Positions 34,256-42,706 of a stretch of 64,000 nucleotides of DNA are shown here, one piece after another. Both the position numbers and the translations under genes were made by a program. This DNA is from a virus, in the IMG/VR virus record IMGVR_UViG_3300037467_000723. One strand, 5' to 3'. A model generated the notes under the pieces. That model ran no database searches, was not told the DNA's origin, and was given only the letters and a program-made list of their open reading frames with translations. Numbering within the stretch: position 1 is the first letter of the stretch; each line of letters opens with the position of its first letter.

Positions 34256-34405
34256 CACCTATTCCAATTAAACATCGTGAAACAGAAGAATATGCATTAA
34301 ATCAGCCGGATATGATTCGTGTCTCCATTTCAGATGGTGCCATCCTAGTAGATCGTCGAAACGAGTTTTTCGGGATCCACGCACCTAAGAAAGGGGATCG
34401 TCACA

Positions 34406-34846
34406 ATGGCTAACGGTAGAGTGCGTATTACTAGAATACTAAATGGGATGAAAACCCGTTGTAATAACCCTAAAAGAAAAGATTATCCGGCATACGGAGG
34501 TCGAGGTATTAAAGTCTGTGAAGAATGGTCAAACAGCGTTGATGCGTTTGTTGAGTGGTCTTTAGGTAATGGCTATTCCGATGAATTAACAATAGATCGT
34601 ATCAACAACGATAAGGATTATTCTCCAGAGAATTGTAGATGGGTTACTAAGAAAGTACAGCAACGCAATCAATCTAAAAATGTTTTCGTAACGATTAATA
34701 ATGAAAAGAAGACGTGCTCAGAGTGGGCCGAAATAGCTGGTATATCTAGGTCGACATTTCACGATAGATTAAAAGCCGGTTGGTCAGGATTAGCATTATT
34801 AAAAGCGCCAAAAGGTAAGGAGGCTGTCTATCATGGGGTCAGTTAG
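34406..34846 (+). CDS. HNH homing-type endonuclease (HNH_3/AP2-like, 146 aa)
   Basis: GYSDELTIDRINNDKDYSPENCRWVTKKVQQRNQ. Confidence 0.65.
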   Translation: MANGRVRITRILNGMKTRCNNPKRKDYPAYGGRGIKVCEEWSNSVDAFVEWSLGNGYSDELTIDRINNDKDYSPENCRWVTKKVQQRNQSKNVFVTINNEKKTCSEWAEIAGISRSTFHDRLKAGWSGLALLKAPKGKEAVYHGVS

Positions 34847-35210
34847 AGTTGATCTACATCGCAAAGAACGTGCATACGAGGAACAGTTCCCGATGCATAC
34901 ACCAGAAGGCGTTGAAGTCTTCTTAGAAAATTTAATTTACATCCAGAGTCGCAGATTAAAAGGCGACCTTGACGCCAGCTTATTGCTGCTAGATTTCGAG
35001 AGTACTAAGAACCAAGCGCCATTAACGAAGAGGGAACGTGAAGTCCTGTATTGGCGTTACGAGCGAGAGTTCACCGAAAAAGAAACGGCTAAGATGCTGC
35101 AGATCAGTATGAAAGCTGTTGAGGAGTACTCACGCCGGTTAGTCCGTAAGATCGCGGACACAGTCGCAGTCCAGGAGGGTTATAAGAATGCAGCACCTCA
35201 TACAGACTGA
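34833..35210 (+). CDS. sigma-70 region-4-like helix-turn-helix protein (candidate late transcription regulator, 125 aa)
   Basis: LTKREREVLYWRYEREFTEKETAKMLQISMKAVEEYSRRLVRKI resembles sigma region 4.2. Confidence 0.45.
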   Translation: MGSVRVDLHRKERAYEEQFPMHTPEGVEVFLENLIYIQSRRLKGDLDASLLLLDFESTKNQAPLTKREREVLYWRYEREFTEKETAKMLQISMKAVEEYSRRLVRKIADTVAVQEGYKNAAPHTD

Positions 35211-35550
35211 GCCAGCAGTAAGTGTTCAACCGTTCAGTAACGATTTGGCCCTTGCTAAAGAGCAGCTGAAGTCGGTTGTTAAACAGTTAATTAAAGCCGA
35301 CAACAAGCCGGATTTAGACACTAGAGTATTCGTCGCTGACTTAGTTATCGAAGAGTACGTTCACGCAACCAACCAGCGTCCGGATTCGTTTCAGCTGTAT
35401 GGACTCGGTGGATACATCCTGGCCGATTATCTGGGCGATCAATACAAACATCTTCGTAAGAACGAAGAGAATACGTTCCAAACGGATAATCGAGTGAAAA
35501 AGAATCATGCCCGTCAACGGACGGTCTTCTTGGGGGATACAAATGTTTAA
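35188..35550 (+). CDS. hypothetical protein (120 aa)
   Basis: ORF. Confidence 0.45.
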   Translation: MQHLIQTEPAVSVQPFSNDLALAKEQLKSVVKQLIKADNKPDLDTRVFVADLVIEEYVHATNQRPDSFQLYGLGGYILADYLGDQYKHLRKNEENTFQTDNRVKKNHARQRTVFLGDTNV

Positions 35551-35686
35551 GATACTTTTACTGGGTGCCGTGCTAACGATTATCGGTATGGCCCTAATGT
35601 TTGTCCTGTTTGGAGGACTATTTAAAACGATTGGAAAAATCGTAACCAAAATGATTACTAACGTGAAAAAGAATATGGAGGAATAG
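35543..35686 (+). CDS. small membrane protein (47 aa)
   Basis: hydrophobic helix; ATGtttaa overlap with the upstream stop. Confidence 0.3.
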   Translation: MFKILLLGAVLTIIGMALMFVLFGGLFKTIGKIVTKMITNVKKNMEE

Positions 35687-35690
35687 AACA

Positions 35691-36560
35691 ATGAGAACAG
35701 ATAACCAAGGTAAAAAAGGCGTAGGAATTATCGGAGCAGTAGTAGTAGGAATCGGATTAATCGGTGGGGCAATCTTTTCATGGGGTGGTTCGTCTCACAT
35801 TCCGGTAGGTTCCGTAGGTATCGTAAAGCACATGAACGGTCAGGTAACTGAAATATCACAAGGCTGGCACTGGACAGGTTGGACTACCGGTGTTCAAGAA
35901 TATCCGACGTATAAGCAATCTCTAGTGCTTAGCGACAAATCTAGCGAAGGCGGCGAAGGAAATTCGTCTTGGAAAGTTGGCACGATGGATCAACAGGAGC
36001 TACCGGTTAACACGTCTCTAACATGGTCTATCTCAACTAAGGATGCTAAAGCGTTGTATCAAGCAGTTGGCGGTAAGGACATCGATTATATCCGTGACTC
36101 TATCGTTTCTCCAACAATGAAAAATATCGTTAACCAAATAACACATCAATACGGCTGGAACGAAATTAAAGGTTCTAAGCAAGCGGAAGTAGCGCTTAAG
36201 ATCAATGCAGCGTTAAAGGCCGAGCTATTGAAGTCAGGTATCGATGTAGGAACATTCGGATTCACACACGTTGGCTCTCCAGGAGGAATGGCTGCTGCTC
36301 AATCTGCACTAGCGACTGCTGAATTAGGAAAGCAAAAAGCTTTAGCTACGCAACAAACAGCTAAGATTACGAATGAGACAATGATTTCAAACGCAAAGGC
36401 GAAAGCAGAAGCTAAGAAAATCGAATCTCAAGCGACTAAGGCGCAAGCTGCAGCATTAAACGAATTGGTCATCCAAGAGAAGATGATCGAAAAGTGGAAC
36501 GGTCAGTTACCTCAAGTATCCGGTTCTAATACGATCATGCAACTTCCAGGACTGAAGTAA
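35691..36560 (+). CDS. membrane-anchored SPFH/band-7-like protein (289 aa)
   Basis: N-terminal transmembrane helix GVGIIGAVVVGIGLIGGAIF, then an SPFH-like beta-rich region and an Ala/Lys/Gln coiled-coil tail. Confidence 0.45.
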   Translation: MRTDNQGKKGVGIIGAVVVGIGLIGGAIFSWGGSSHIPVGSVGIVKHMNGQVTEISQGWHWTGWTTGVQEYPTYKQSLVLSDKSSEGGEGNSSWKVGTMDQQELPVNTSLTWSISTKDAKALYQAVGGKDIDYIRDSIVSPTMKNIVNQITHQYGWNEIKGSKQAEVALKINAALKAELLKSGIDVGTFGFTHVGSPGGMAAAQSALATAELGKQKALATQQTAKITNETMISNAKAKAEAKKIESQATKAQAAALNELVIQEKMIEKWNGQLPQVSGSNTIMQLPGLK

Positions 36561-36814
36561 TGAAGTTAATCGGCGTACTAACACATAGACGCGATAGATC
36601 TCAAGGGCTGCTGGCACATACGGCAGTCGTTGAGGTCGAAGATTACAATCCAAAGACCGACAAAGAAGCGTTGGTCGAAGCGGTCAGTATTAGAGTTAAC
36701 TACCATCCGTTAGGGTACGGGATCTACGGGCTTACAACTGTTGCTCCTTATAAAGGTGACGGAAAGGAAAACCGGTATTACGTATGCTGGCGAACAGGTA
36801 CGCACTGTGACTAG
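36560..36814 (+). CDS. hypothetical protein (84 aa)
   Basis: ORF. Confidence 0.45.
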   Translation: MKLIGVLTHRRDRSQGLLAHTAVVEVEDYNPKTDKEALVEAVSIRVNYHPLGYGIYGLTTVAPYKGDGKENRYYVCWRTGTHCD

Positions 36815-36953
36815 AGACGAGAAGATTAAGTTTATTACTCAAGCGATTTGGGACATTGAAGGTGCCTCGGTACTTCCGGGGTACTTCGATAAATATACGG
36901 ATGATGAATTAGATAAAGAGGTCGATTGGTACGACCATCTGCTGGATAAATAG
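36741..36953 (+). CDS. hypothetical protein (TTG start uncertain)
   Basis: ORF overlapping the upstream gene by 74 nt; start unclear. Confidence 0.25.
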   Translation: MLLIKVTERKTGITYAGEQVRTVTRDEKIKFITQAIWDIEGASVLPGYFDKYTDDELDKEVDWYDHLLDK

Positions 36954-36966
36954 GGAGGAAACGAAA

Positions 36967-37158
36967 ATGTATTTTGTATGCCATACAACGAAAGAACCGT
37001 TTTTCACGAAAGGTTATGCGTACGTAATTGTTGATGAATTCGAGAACGAGTACCAGATCGAAGATGATGAGGGCACCCCACACTTTCTAACGAAGGAGCC
37101 GGATTATGCTGGCAATTCTTATGCGACCTTCATGGATAAGCACGGAGAGGACGACTAG
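36967..37158 (+). CDS. hypothetical protein (63 aa)
   Basis: ribosome-binding site gggaggaaacgaaaATG. Confidence 0.45.
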   Translation: MYFVCHTTKEPFFTKGYAYVIVDEFENEYQIEDDEGTPHFLTKEPDYAGNSYATFMDKHGEDD

Positions 37159-37160
37159 TA

Positions 37161-37451
37161 GTGAGCGCAATAGCAGCAGAAATACGTGATTCGTTATCTG
37201 AGATGAACGAAGAGGCGTTGGTCTGGGACGGATTCGACGAAGCATTAATCGGCTATGGTCAGCGATGTGGCCTAGAGTCCGTTGCCATTTACGATTATGA
37301 AAAGATGATCGAGATCCTAATGGAAGATATGACCGTCGATGAGGCGCATGAGTACCTGGAGTATAACGTGCTTGGTGCTTTTATCGGTGAGTATACGCCA
37401 ATCATCGTGAATGTGATGAGACGTGACATGAGTAAGGAGGTGTCATTTTAA
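37161..37451 (+). CDS. hypothetical acidic protein (96 aa, GTG start)
   Basis: ORF. Confidence 0.4.
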   Translation: MSAIAAEIRDSLSEMNEEALVWDGFDEALIGYGQRCGLESVAIYDYEKMIEILMEDMTVDEAHEYLEYNVLGAFIGEYTPIIVNVMRRDMSKEVSF

Positions 37452-37452
37452 T

Positions 37453-37668
37453 ATGCCTTATTATGATTATAGATGCGATAATGGCCATGAGATGCCGATG
37501 CAGCTACGTAAATACGAAGAGCGCGTGATCCAGTGCAGTGAATGCGACTTAGAGTCACACCGTTTATATAACTTCAGATTCGTTGCCCACGGCTTGCCGA
37601 ATGGATTCAATACAACGCCGAGAACTAAATCAGACGTTCCAAACGGAACACCGAAGAAAAGACGCTAG
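37453..37668 (+). CDS. zinc-ribbon protein (71 aa)
   Basis: CDNGH...CSEC. Confidence 0.45.
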   Translation: MPYYDYRCDNGHEMPMQLRKYEERVIQCSECDLESHRLYNFRFVAHGLPNGFNTTPRTKSDVPNGTPKKRR

Positions 37669-37689
37669 GAGAGATCCTGGCGTCCTTTT

Positions 37690-37857
37690 TTATTTGTATC
37701 GATAAAACGAATATAAGTCTTTCCACGGTAAAGTTGCGATGTTGGATCTCACTTCTGGTAAACACCGGTCACAATAATGATCGACGTAATCCTTGCCTTT
37801 CTCACGCATAATCGTCATATCTAATACAGGGAACCATTTAGCACAATAAGTGCACAT
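37690..37857 (-). CDS. small Cys-containing protein (about 55 aa)
   Basis: MCTYCAKWF...HYCDRC; not in the track (<60 aa); no strong ribosome-binding site checked. Confidence 0.2.
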   Translation of the reverse strand: MCTYCAKWFPVLDMTIMREKGKDYVDHYCDRCLPEVRSNIATLPWKDLYSFYRYK

Positions 37858-37865
37858 TTCTTTTT

Positions 37866-38231
37866 CTATCGCTCGACACCTAGCTTGTAACGTATCTTAA
37901 TGCCTTGGAGCGCTGCTGGTGCCCAATCGTCTCCTAGTGATTGGAAGACTTGGTGTGTAGTAATATCATCGTAAGAACTGTTGAACAGCTGGATTGCCAA
38001 CCTCGCCATTGCCTTTTCCCCACTTGACCAAACACCGATTTTCTCTTGAAGCATACCGATTTGGATGCCTTCCTCGTCGAAATAGTCCATTGCGTATTCC
38101 TTTTGAATAGCAGCCATTAGATAAGCGAATGCTCCGTACTCTGGATCAAGACCACCTGTACCTCTGAAGCCGAGATGGTCGTAAAACTTACGGAATAATT
38201 GCTCGTGGTAATCGTTAATGAAATACATTAT
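37866..38231 (-). CDS. hypothetical protein (121 aa; internal ATG start chosen)
   Basis: start MYFINDYH avoids overlap with the upstream gene. Confidence 0.4.
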   Translation of the reverse strand: MMYFINDYHEQLFRKFYDHLGFRGTGGLDPEYGAFAYLMAAIQKEYAMDYFDEEGIQIGMLQEKIGVWSSGEKAMARLAIQLFNSSYDDITTHQVFQSLGDDWAPAALQGIKIRYKLGVER

Positions 38232-38422
38232 GCCACCATCCTTTTGAATACGGCTTGAACGCCAGCTACCGTACTTCCACCGGCTCCTAGTCCGACCATA
38301 TGAACTAGCTCCCAACCTTGAGCGCCAAGCTCGTTGAACGTTTTCTCCAGGTCGATTCCTTTTTGCATGAACAATCCTTTTGCTGGTTCGGTTTTAATTG
38401 ACTTGTACTCCCACTTCGGCAT
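38228..38422 (-). CDS. hypothetical protein (64 aa)
   Basis: start MPKWEY with ribosome-binding site aggagga. Confidence 0.4.
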   Translation of the reverse strand: MPKWEYKSIKTEPAKGLFMQKGIDLEKTFNELGAQGWELVHMVGLGAGGSTVAGVQAVFKRMVA

Positions 38423-38436
38423 TCGTTCTCCTCCTA

Positions 38437-38688
38437 TCATTTAAAAGCATCTAATACGCTAGTGTACCACCAATGAACTTTCGTCAAATCAACGTCCACC
38501 GAACCTGTGTCGTTTAACAGTATATCCAGGGACGTCCTCGCATCTGGAGAATCCGTCTTATATTTAACGGGCACTAATATTGTGTCACCGTTGTCAATAA
38601 ACTTGAAATCCCAGACATGTAATTCGTCTTCCATGCCTAGATAGGTAATCTCAACGGTTAATTCCTGATCCAGAGCGATTGTCTCCAT
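38437..38688 (-). CDS. hypothetical protein (83 aa)
   Basis: ORF. Confidence 0.45.
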   Translation of the reverse strand: METIALDQELTVEITYLGMEDELHVWDFKFIDNGDTILVPVKYKTDSPDARTSLDILLNDTGSVDVDLTKVHWWYTSVLDAFK

Positions 38689-38999
38689 TACTCAGTTTCC
38701 TCGGTTTTCTTCGCGCCTTTACGTCTAAGCTTGGTGTAGTACTCAACGTGCAGCTTACGTTCAGCTGCTTTGACGTGATCATCCTTTGTCATCTGTTCCT
38801 CAGGTACAAACTCGAACAAGTCACTCAGTGTGCAGTTGAATGCGGTACAGATCGAATCGAGCGTATCCATGTTCACATTAACGACTTCATTACGATATAA
38901 CCTGGTTAAGCTAGACCTGGATATTTTAGTCGCATGATGCGCGATAGGTATCGTGATGCCGTTAGCGTCAAAATACTGTTGAACCTTATTGCGTATCAT
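38688..38999 (-). CDS. XRE-family helix-turn-helix regulator (104 aa)
   Basis: helix-turn-helix ATKISRSSLTRLYRNE; ribosome-binding site ggaggtgacactATG. Confidence 0.5.
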   Translation of the reverse strand: MIRNKVQQYFDANGITIPIAHHATKISRSSLTRLYRNEVVNVNMDTLDSICTAFNCTLSDLFEFVPEEQMTKDDHVKAAERKLHVEYYTKLRRKGAKKTEETE

Positions 39000-39079
39000 A
39001 GTGTCACCTCCATCTGCCGACTGTGGTGTCGACATCTCAATAACTAGATTGTACACTATGGACGATTACTTGTAAACAA

Positions 39080-39310
39080 TTACATATCCCAGAAATCAGA
39101 CATTTTTGCGTCCGGATCCATTTTTCTTACGGCCCTCAGTATCTTTTTCATTACGTCCTGGCGTGGAATATAGTCACTATCGTTACATGCTTTAGATACC
39201 GTATTTTTATTTACCTTCGACTCTTGAATGAGATCCTGTTGATCCAGGCCGTTCCTATCCAACCACTTACCTAATTTGCTACGAGGCTTACCGAATCCCC
39301 ACATTTTCAT
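39080..39310 (-). CDS. small helix-turn-helix DNA-binding protein (Cro/XRE-like, 76 aa)
   Basis: LDQQDLIQESKVNKNTVSKACN helix-turn-helix-like. Confidence 0.45.
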   Translation of the reverse strand: MKMWGFGKPRSKLGKWLDRNGLDQQDLIQESKVNKNTVSKACNDSDYIPRQDVMKKILRAVRKMDPDAKMSDFWDM

Positions 39311-39685
39311 CTCTCCTTAATAGAATATGTACCACCAGCCTTGCCCAAAAATCCTAAATATATAAGCACTTTTACGAAAGTTTTAGGAATATGGGACGAG
39401 CCTTGGCTCATACCTTTTATCAGAGACGTCGAGAAAGGGTGAATTTATTGTATAGACCAACTGTCCGATATGATGATGTATTCAAGAATTACGTAGATGA
39501 AATGTTCCATGCAACTAAGTTAGACCGGAACCAAATCATACGAGCTGCACTTTTTGCGGCGGCCCACTCCGAACAGTTCCTGGAGATCTTAGAACCGTAT
39601 ATGAAGAAAGAAGCACCGGCTCCAAAATGGTCGTTATCAGACAATAGTTACTGGTTGGCACAGAAGGCGAAAGGGGAGGACGTTA

Positions 39686-39970
39686 ATGATGATGGATCAA
39701 CGGAAGTTAAGAAGGGTGATGGCGATAATGGAGATGATGGACGAGGACGAGTCGAGTCCATGGGAGAACCGGCTGAGAGACGAACAGGGACGATTCCTTC
39801 CGGATCAATACGAGTCACCGGAGGAGCCTTGGTCTACAAGGTCAATTAGGTTAGTTCGTCAAAGAGGGAAGTATCATTCGTATGACGTCAAGGATGCTGA
39901 TTCATTCCTCAGACTGCTGGGGGCGCTTACTACCGTATGTATAATGGTCATAATGTATTTTATCTCATAA
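39686..39970 (+). CDS. hypothetical protein (94 aa)
   Basis: ribosome-binding site aaggggaggacgttaATG; overlaps the alternative-frame ORF 39391..39849. Confidence 0.35.
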   Translation: MMMDQRKLRRVMAIMEMMDEDESSPWENRLRDEQGRFLPDQYESPEEPWSTRSIRLVRQRGKYHSYDVKDADSFLRLLGALTTVCIMVIMYFIS

Positions 39971-40008
39971 AAAAAAGTCGCCCCAGCGTAAGCCAGGGCG
40001 TTCTTTCG
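39971..40008. terminator. bidirectional terminator
   Basis: A8-cgccc-cagcgtaagcca-gggcg-ttctttcg between convergent genes. Confidence 0.55.
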
Positions 40009-40236
40009 TTATGCAGACTTTTTCTCGTCAGCGTAAAATTTACCTTCTTTAGGGTTAGATACTACGCCAAGCACAGTAAGAACTCCAAGTAATGCGGTAA
40101 CAGCAGTTGATACCTTCACGTCAATTCCAGCCGGTAAGTGGAACCCAAATAACGGTGCCAACGCTTGAGCGCATAAAACCAAAGCTGATGCTAATGACAT
40201 CCAAAAACCGTAATTGTGTAATCTTGCTTTCATCAT
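40009..40236 (-). CDS. holin-like membrane protein (75 aa)
   Basis: two transmembrane helices; adjacent to the lysis genes. Confidence 0.55.
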   Translation of the reverse strand: MMKARLHNYGFWMSLASALVLCAQALAPLFGFHLPAGIDVKVSTAVTALLGVLTVLGVVSNPKEGKFYADEKKSA

Positions 40237-40724
40237 TTATCATTCTCCTTTAACTTTTTTACGGCTGCTTCGAATTTATCGAGTGCTGCCGGTGTTAGAT
40301 ATTTCTGCAGCTCCCATGTTGGGTAGTCCGTTGTATGGATTCCTGTCCCGATCCCACGATGATGTTTGCTACACAAGACCATCATGCCGTCGATATCCTC
40401 GGGAGTCGTGATGTTCGGATGATCGGCCTTCACTTTTTCCCAATCGACTTCAGTCATAGCTGAGTACTCGACCACGTTGTGGTGAACCTCTAGGTCGCCT
40501 TCACAGCGTCCGTTTCCGATCCAGCACCCAACACCCTCGGCATGAAGTTTCTTCTTTACAGCACGGAATTCTGCGGACTCAGAACGTTCCTCGTGGGCCT
40601 CATAATGGGTGACAGTCTTCAGCGTCTGGAACTGGTCATGAGCTGGAACGACCTTGGCGTAATTCCCGGGCCCATATTGCTTTAAATGTTTCCTTAACTG
40701 TTCCATCGACATATTTACCTCCAT
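40233..40724 (-). CDS. HNH endonuclease (163 aa)
   Basis: CWIGNGRCEGDLEVHHNVV...LCSKHHRGIGTGIH HNH/zinc motif. Confidence 0.6.
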   Translation of the reverse strand: MEVNMSMEQLRKHLKQYGPGNYAKVVPAHDQFQTLKTVTHYEAHEERSESAEFRAVKKKLHAEGVGCWIGNGRCEGDLEVHHNVVEYSAMTEVDWEKVKADHPNITTPEDIDGMMVLCSKHHRGIGTGIHTTDYPTWELQKYLTPAALDKFEAAVKKLKENDK

Positions 40725-40787
40725 AAAAAGACGGACGCCACGAAATGTAGCGCCCTGTAATATGTGTACATAATGTACACTTTAATG

Positions 40788-41573
40788 CTATCCAAGTAAC
40801 TTCCTCCAAGTGTAAAGGCCACAGATACCGTCAGCTGCTAAGCCTAGTTTCTTTTGGAATCCCTTTAGAGCTGCCTCAGTGTGTGGTCCGAATGAGCCAT
40901 CTGGCGTACCTAACTCGAAACCTTTCTTTTCAAGCAACGTTTGCATAAGCTTAACTTCAGCACCTGTATCTCCCTTGCGTAAAACAGAGTGGGTTACCGG
41001 TTTAGCGACAGGAGCCGGATGTAGGCGTTTGTGAACCTCAGCTTTGAAGCGAACTAATTCAGATGGTTTCTTAATCCATGGAAGAGGGCAGTCTTTCCAA
41101 CCAACGACAGCTTTATGAGTCGTGATATCTCCCTCGTCTAATCCGTATAGCTTACATAGGTAAGCAGCTAGATCAGCAGCGTTCTGGAACGTTTTCTCAG
41201 TGATATTACCGTGCTCGTCTAAACACATTTCGATACCGACTGTGCAGTTATTCGGATATGAACCGAATTTCTTTAACGCTTCTGGCGTATAAGTTTTAGA
41301 TCCAACGTGGTACGCCATTTCAACGACACCTGGCTTATAAGGAAGGGCAGCAACGATAGCTACATCATCAACCTCGAATGTGGCCGAAGCAAAACGGGAT
41401 CTCTCATCGTTAGGATCTTGTTTGCGTAGATTAGCGAAGTATTTCGCAATTGCTACAGCAGACGCTCCAGGATCGGCAGTATAGTGCATTACAATTCCTT
41501 TCACTTTTTCGATCTTCGTTCCTTTACGTGAAAATCGGTTTACTGGAATAAACATTTCTGTAATTGGTAACAT
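40788..41573 (-). CDS. endolysin: N-acetylmuramoyl-L-alanine amidase plus PG_binding_1 domain (261 aa)
   Basis: amidase_2-like N-terminus (HYTADPG...E); C-terminal LRKGDTGAEVKLMQTLLEKKGF...DGSFGPHTEAALKGFQ. Confidence 0.8.
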   Translation of the reverse strand: MLPITEMFIPVNRFSRKGTKIEKVKGIVMHYTADPGASAVAIAKYFANLRKQDPNDERSRFASATFEVDDVAIVAALPYKPGVVEMAYHVGSKTYTPEALKKFGSYPNNCTVGIEMCLDEHGNITEKTFQNAADLAAYLCKLYGLDEGDITTHKAVVGWKDCPLPWIKKPSELVRFKAEVHKRLHPAPVAKPVTHSVLRKGDTGAEVKLMQTLLEKKGFELGTPDGSFGPHTEAALKGFQKKLGLAADGICGLYTWRKLLG

Positions 41574-41594
41574 TTCAATACCTCCGTTTAATTG

Positions 41595-41885
41595 TTATTT
41601 GAAAAATCCTGGTAATACAGCAGCACCGAGAGTGATAATCGCAGTAACTAGACCACCGACAATCTTGCCGTTACGGTCTTTCATCGCCGTCATCTCTTCG
41701 TCTTGGTTAGCTATTTTCTCTTCCAGACGCTTGACGGTTGCTTCGAGCTCAGTTCTCGGGACGTACTTTTTATCAATGTTGTCTAATAGGGTGTCTAATT
41801 TTGATTCCATACGACCCATCCCTTTTTCGATGTTTTCGACTGCCTTCTCGACTACTGCAATACGCTCGTTGTTTTCGTGCTCCAT
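41595..41885 (-). CDS. XhlA-like hemolysin/lysis-accessory membrane protein (96 aa)
   Basis: coiled-coil N-terminus plus C-terminal transmembrane helix IVGGLVTAIITLGAAVLPGFF; position as in PBSX-like lysis cassettes. Confidence 0.55.
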   Translation of the reverse strand: MEHENNERIAVVEKAVENIEKGMGRMESKLDTLLDNIDKKYVPRTELEATVKRLEEKIANQDEEMTAMKDRNGKIVGGLVTAIITLGAAVLPGFFK

Positions 41886-41935
41886 CGTTTCACCTCCCTT
41901 CGAGTCAATATAAAAGACGGCCTAGTTATAGACCG

Positions 41936-42166
41936 TCAATCACTAAAGGGTTCGCCCTCATCGTATTCAATTGACTTGACGCAATGGTCTTTCTGGAACA
42001 GGTTTAAAAACTTACAGACGAGATTGCAAAAAGGGCAGTTGTCGTGTTTGGCAACATGCTTACCCAATCTGCTTGAAATCGTTTCGTCCGGATACCCGTT
42101 AAACAGAGCAACATTGAAGAATTGGTCGATGGCAATTAGTAGATTCCAAAAATATCTTTTTACCAT
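41936..42166 (-). CDS. hypothetical small Cys-containing protein (76 aa)
   Basis: ORF between the tail fiber and lysis genes. Confidence 0.4.
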   Translation of the reverse strand: MVKRYFWNLLIAIDQFFNVALFNGYPDETISSRLGKHVAKHDNCPFCNLVCKFLNLFQKDHCVKSIEYDEGEPFSD

Positions 42167-42693
42167 ATGACTGTACTCAACTCGTCTAGGGATTGTGCTG
42201 CGTTAACTTTCGGCCCCAGGTCGTCACGAAGTTTAGAGACGTTACCTGAGATGTGGTACAGATGCGCCACGTAGACCGACTCGAATTTCATTGCATCTAG
42301 AGTTAGACGCACCACATTACCGTCGCTATCGTAAGCAGTCCATTTCTCCTCAGTTATACGACCTTTTTCGAAAGCACGATCCAATTTCTCGAAGTTTTTC
42401 TGTGCTTCATTGTCGCATGAGAATTGATATTCAACGCCAGCAACCGTTGCAGTGAAACGACCTAGGATGGCTTCATCACATGCTACTTTTAGCTTTCTCA
42501 TCTTACTGTTCCGAGCAAGACGTAAATGCGTTTCTTCGTTATAAGTTAGTGCACCATTTTCGTAATGATGAACGAACGGGTTACTGAAAAACGAGTGATC
42601 GTCCGGAACGGAGACCAGAATTGAATTCTGATCCTCCGAACTAGACCACCCGATCACTCGTTTTGTTTCGTCTATCTGAATGAAAATATCCAT
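42160..42693 (-). CDS. hypothetical tail-fiber-associated protein (177 aa)
   Basis: ORF immediately downstream of the tail fiber gene. Confidence 0.45.
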   Translation of the reverse strand: MDIFIQIDETKRVIGWSSSEDQNSILVSVPDDHSFFSNPFVHHYENGALTYNEETHLRLARNSKMRKLKVACDEAILGRFTATVAGVEYQFSCDNEAQKNFEKLDRAFEKGRITEEKWTAYDSDGNVVRLTLDAMKFESVYVAHLYHISGNVSKLRDDLGPKVNAAQSLDELSTVIW

Positions 42694-42706
42694 CGTATTC
42701 TCCTTT

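Noticed and set aside
39391-39849. 152-aa + strand ORF with an acidic Gly/Asp-rich tail
   Set aside because: It has a weak ribosome-binding site and overlaps the better-supported 39686..39970 frame. I kept it only as a mention in the accessory-island finding.
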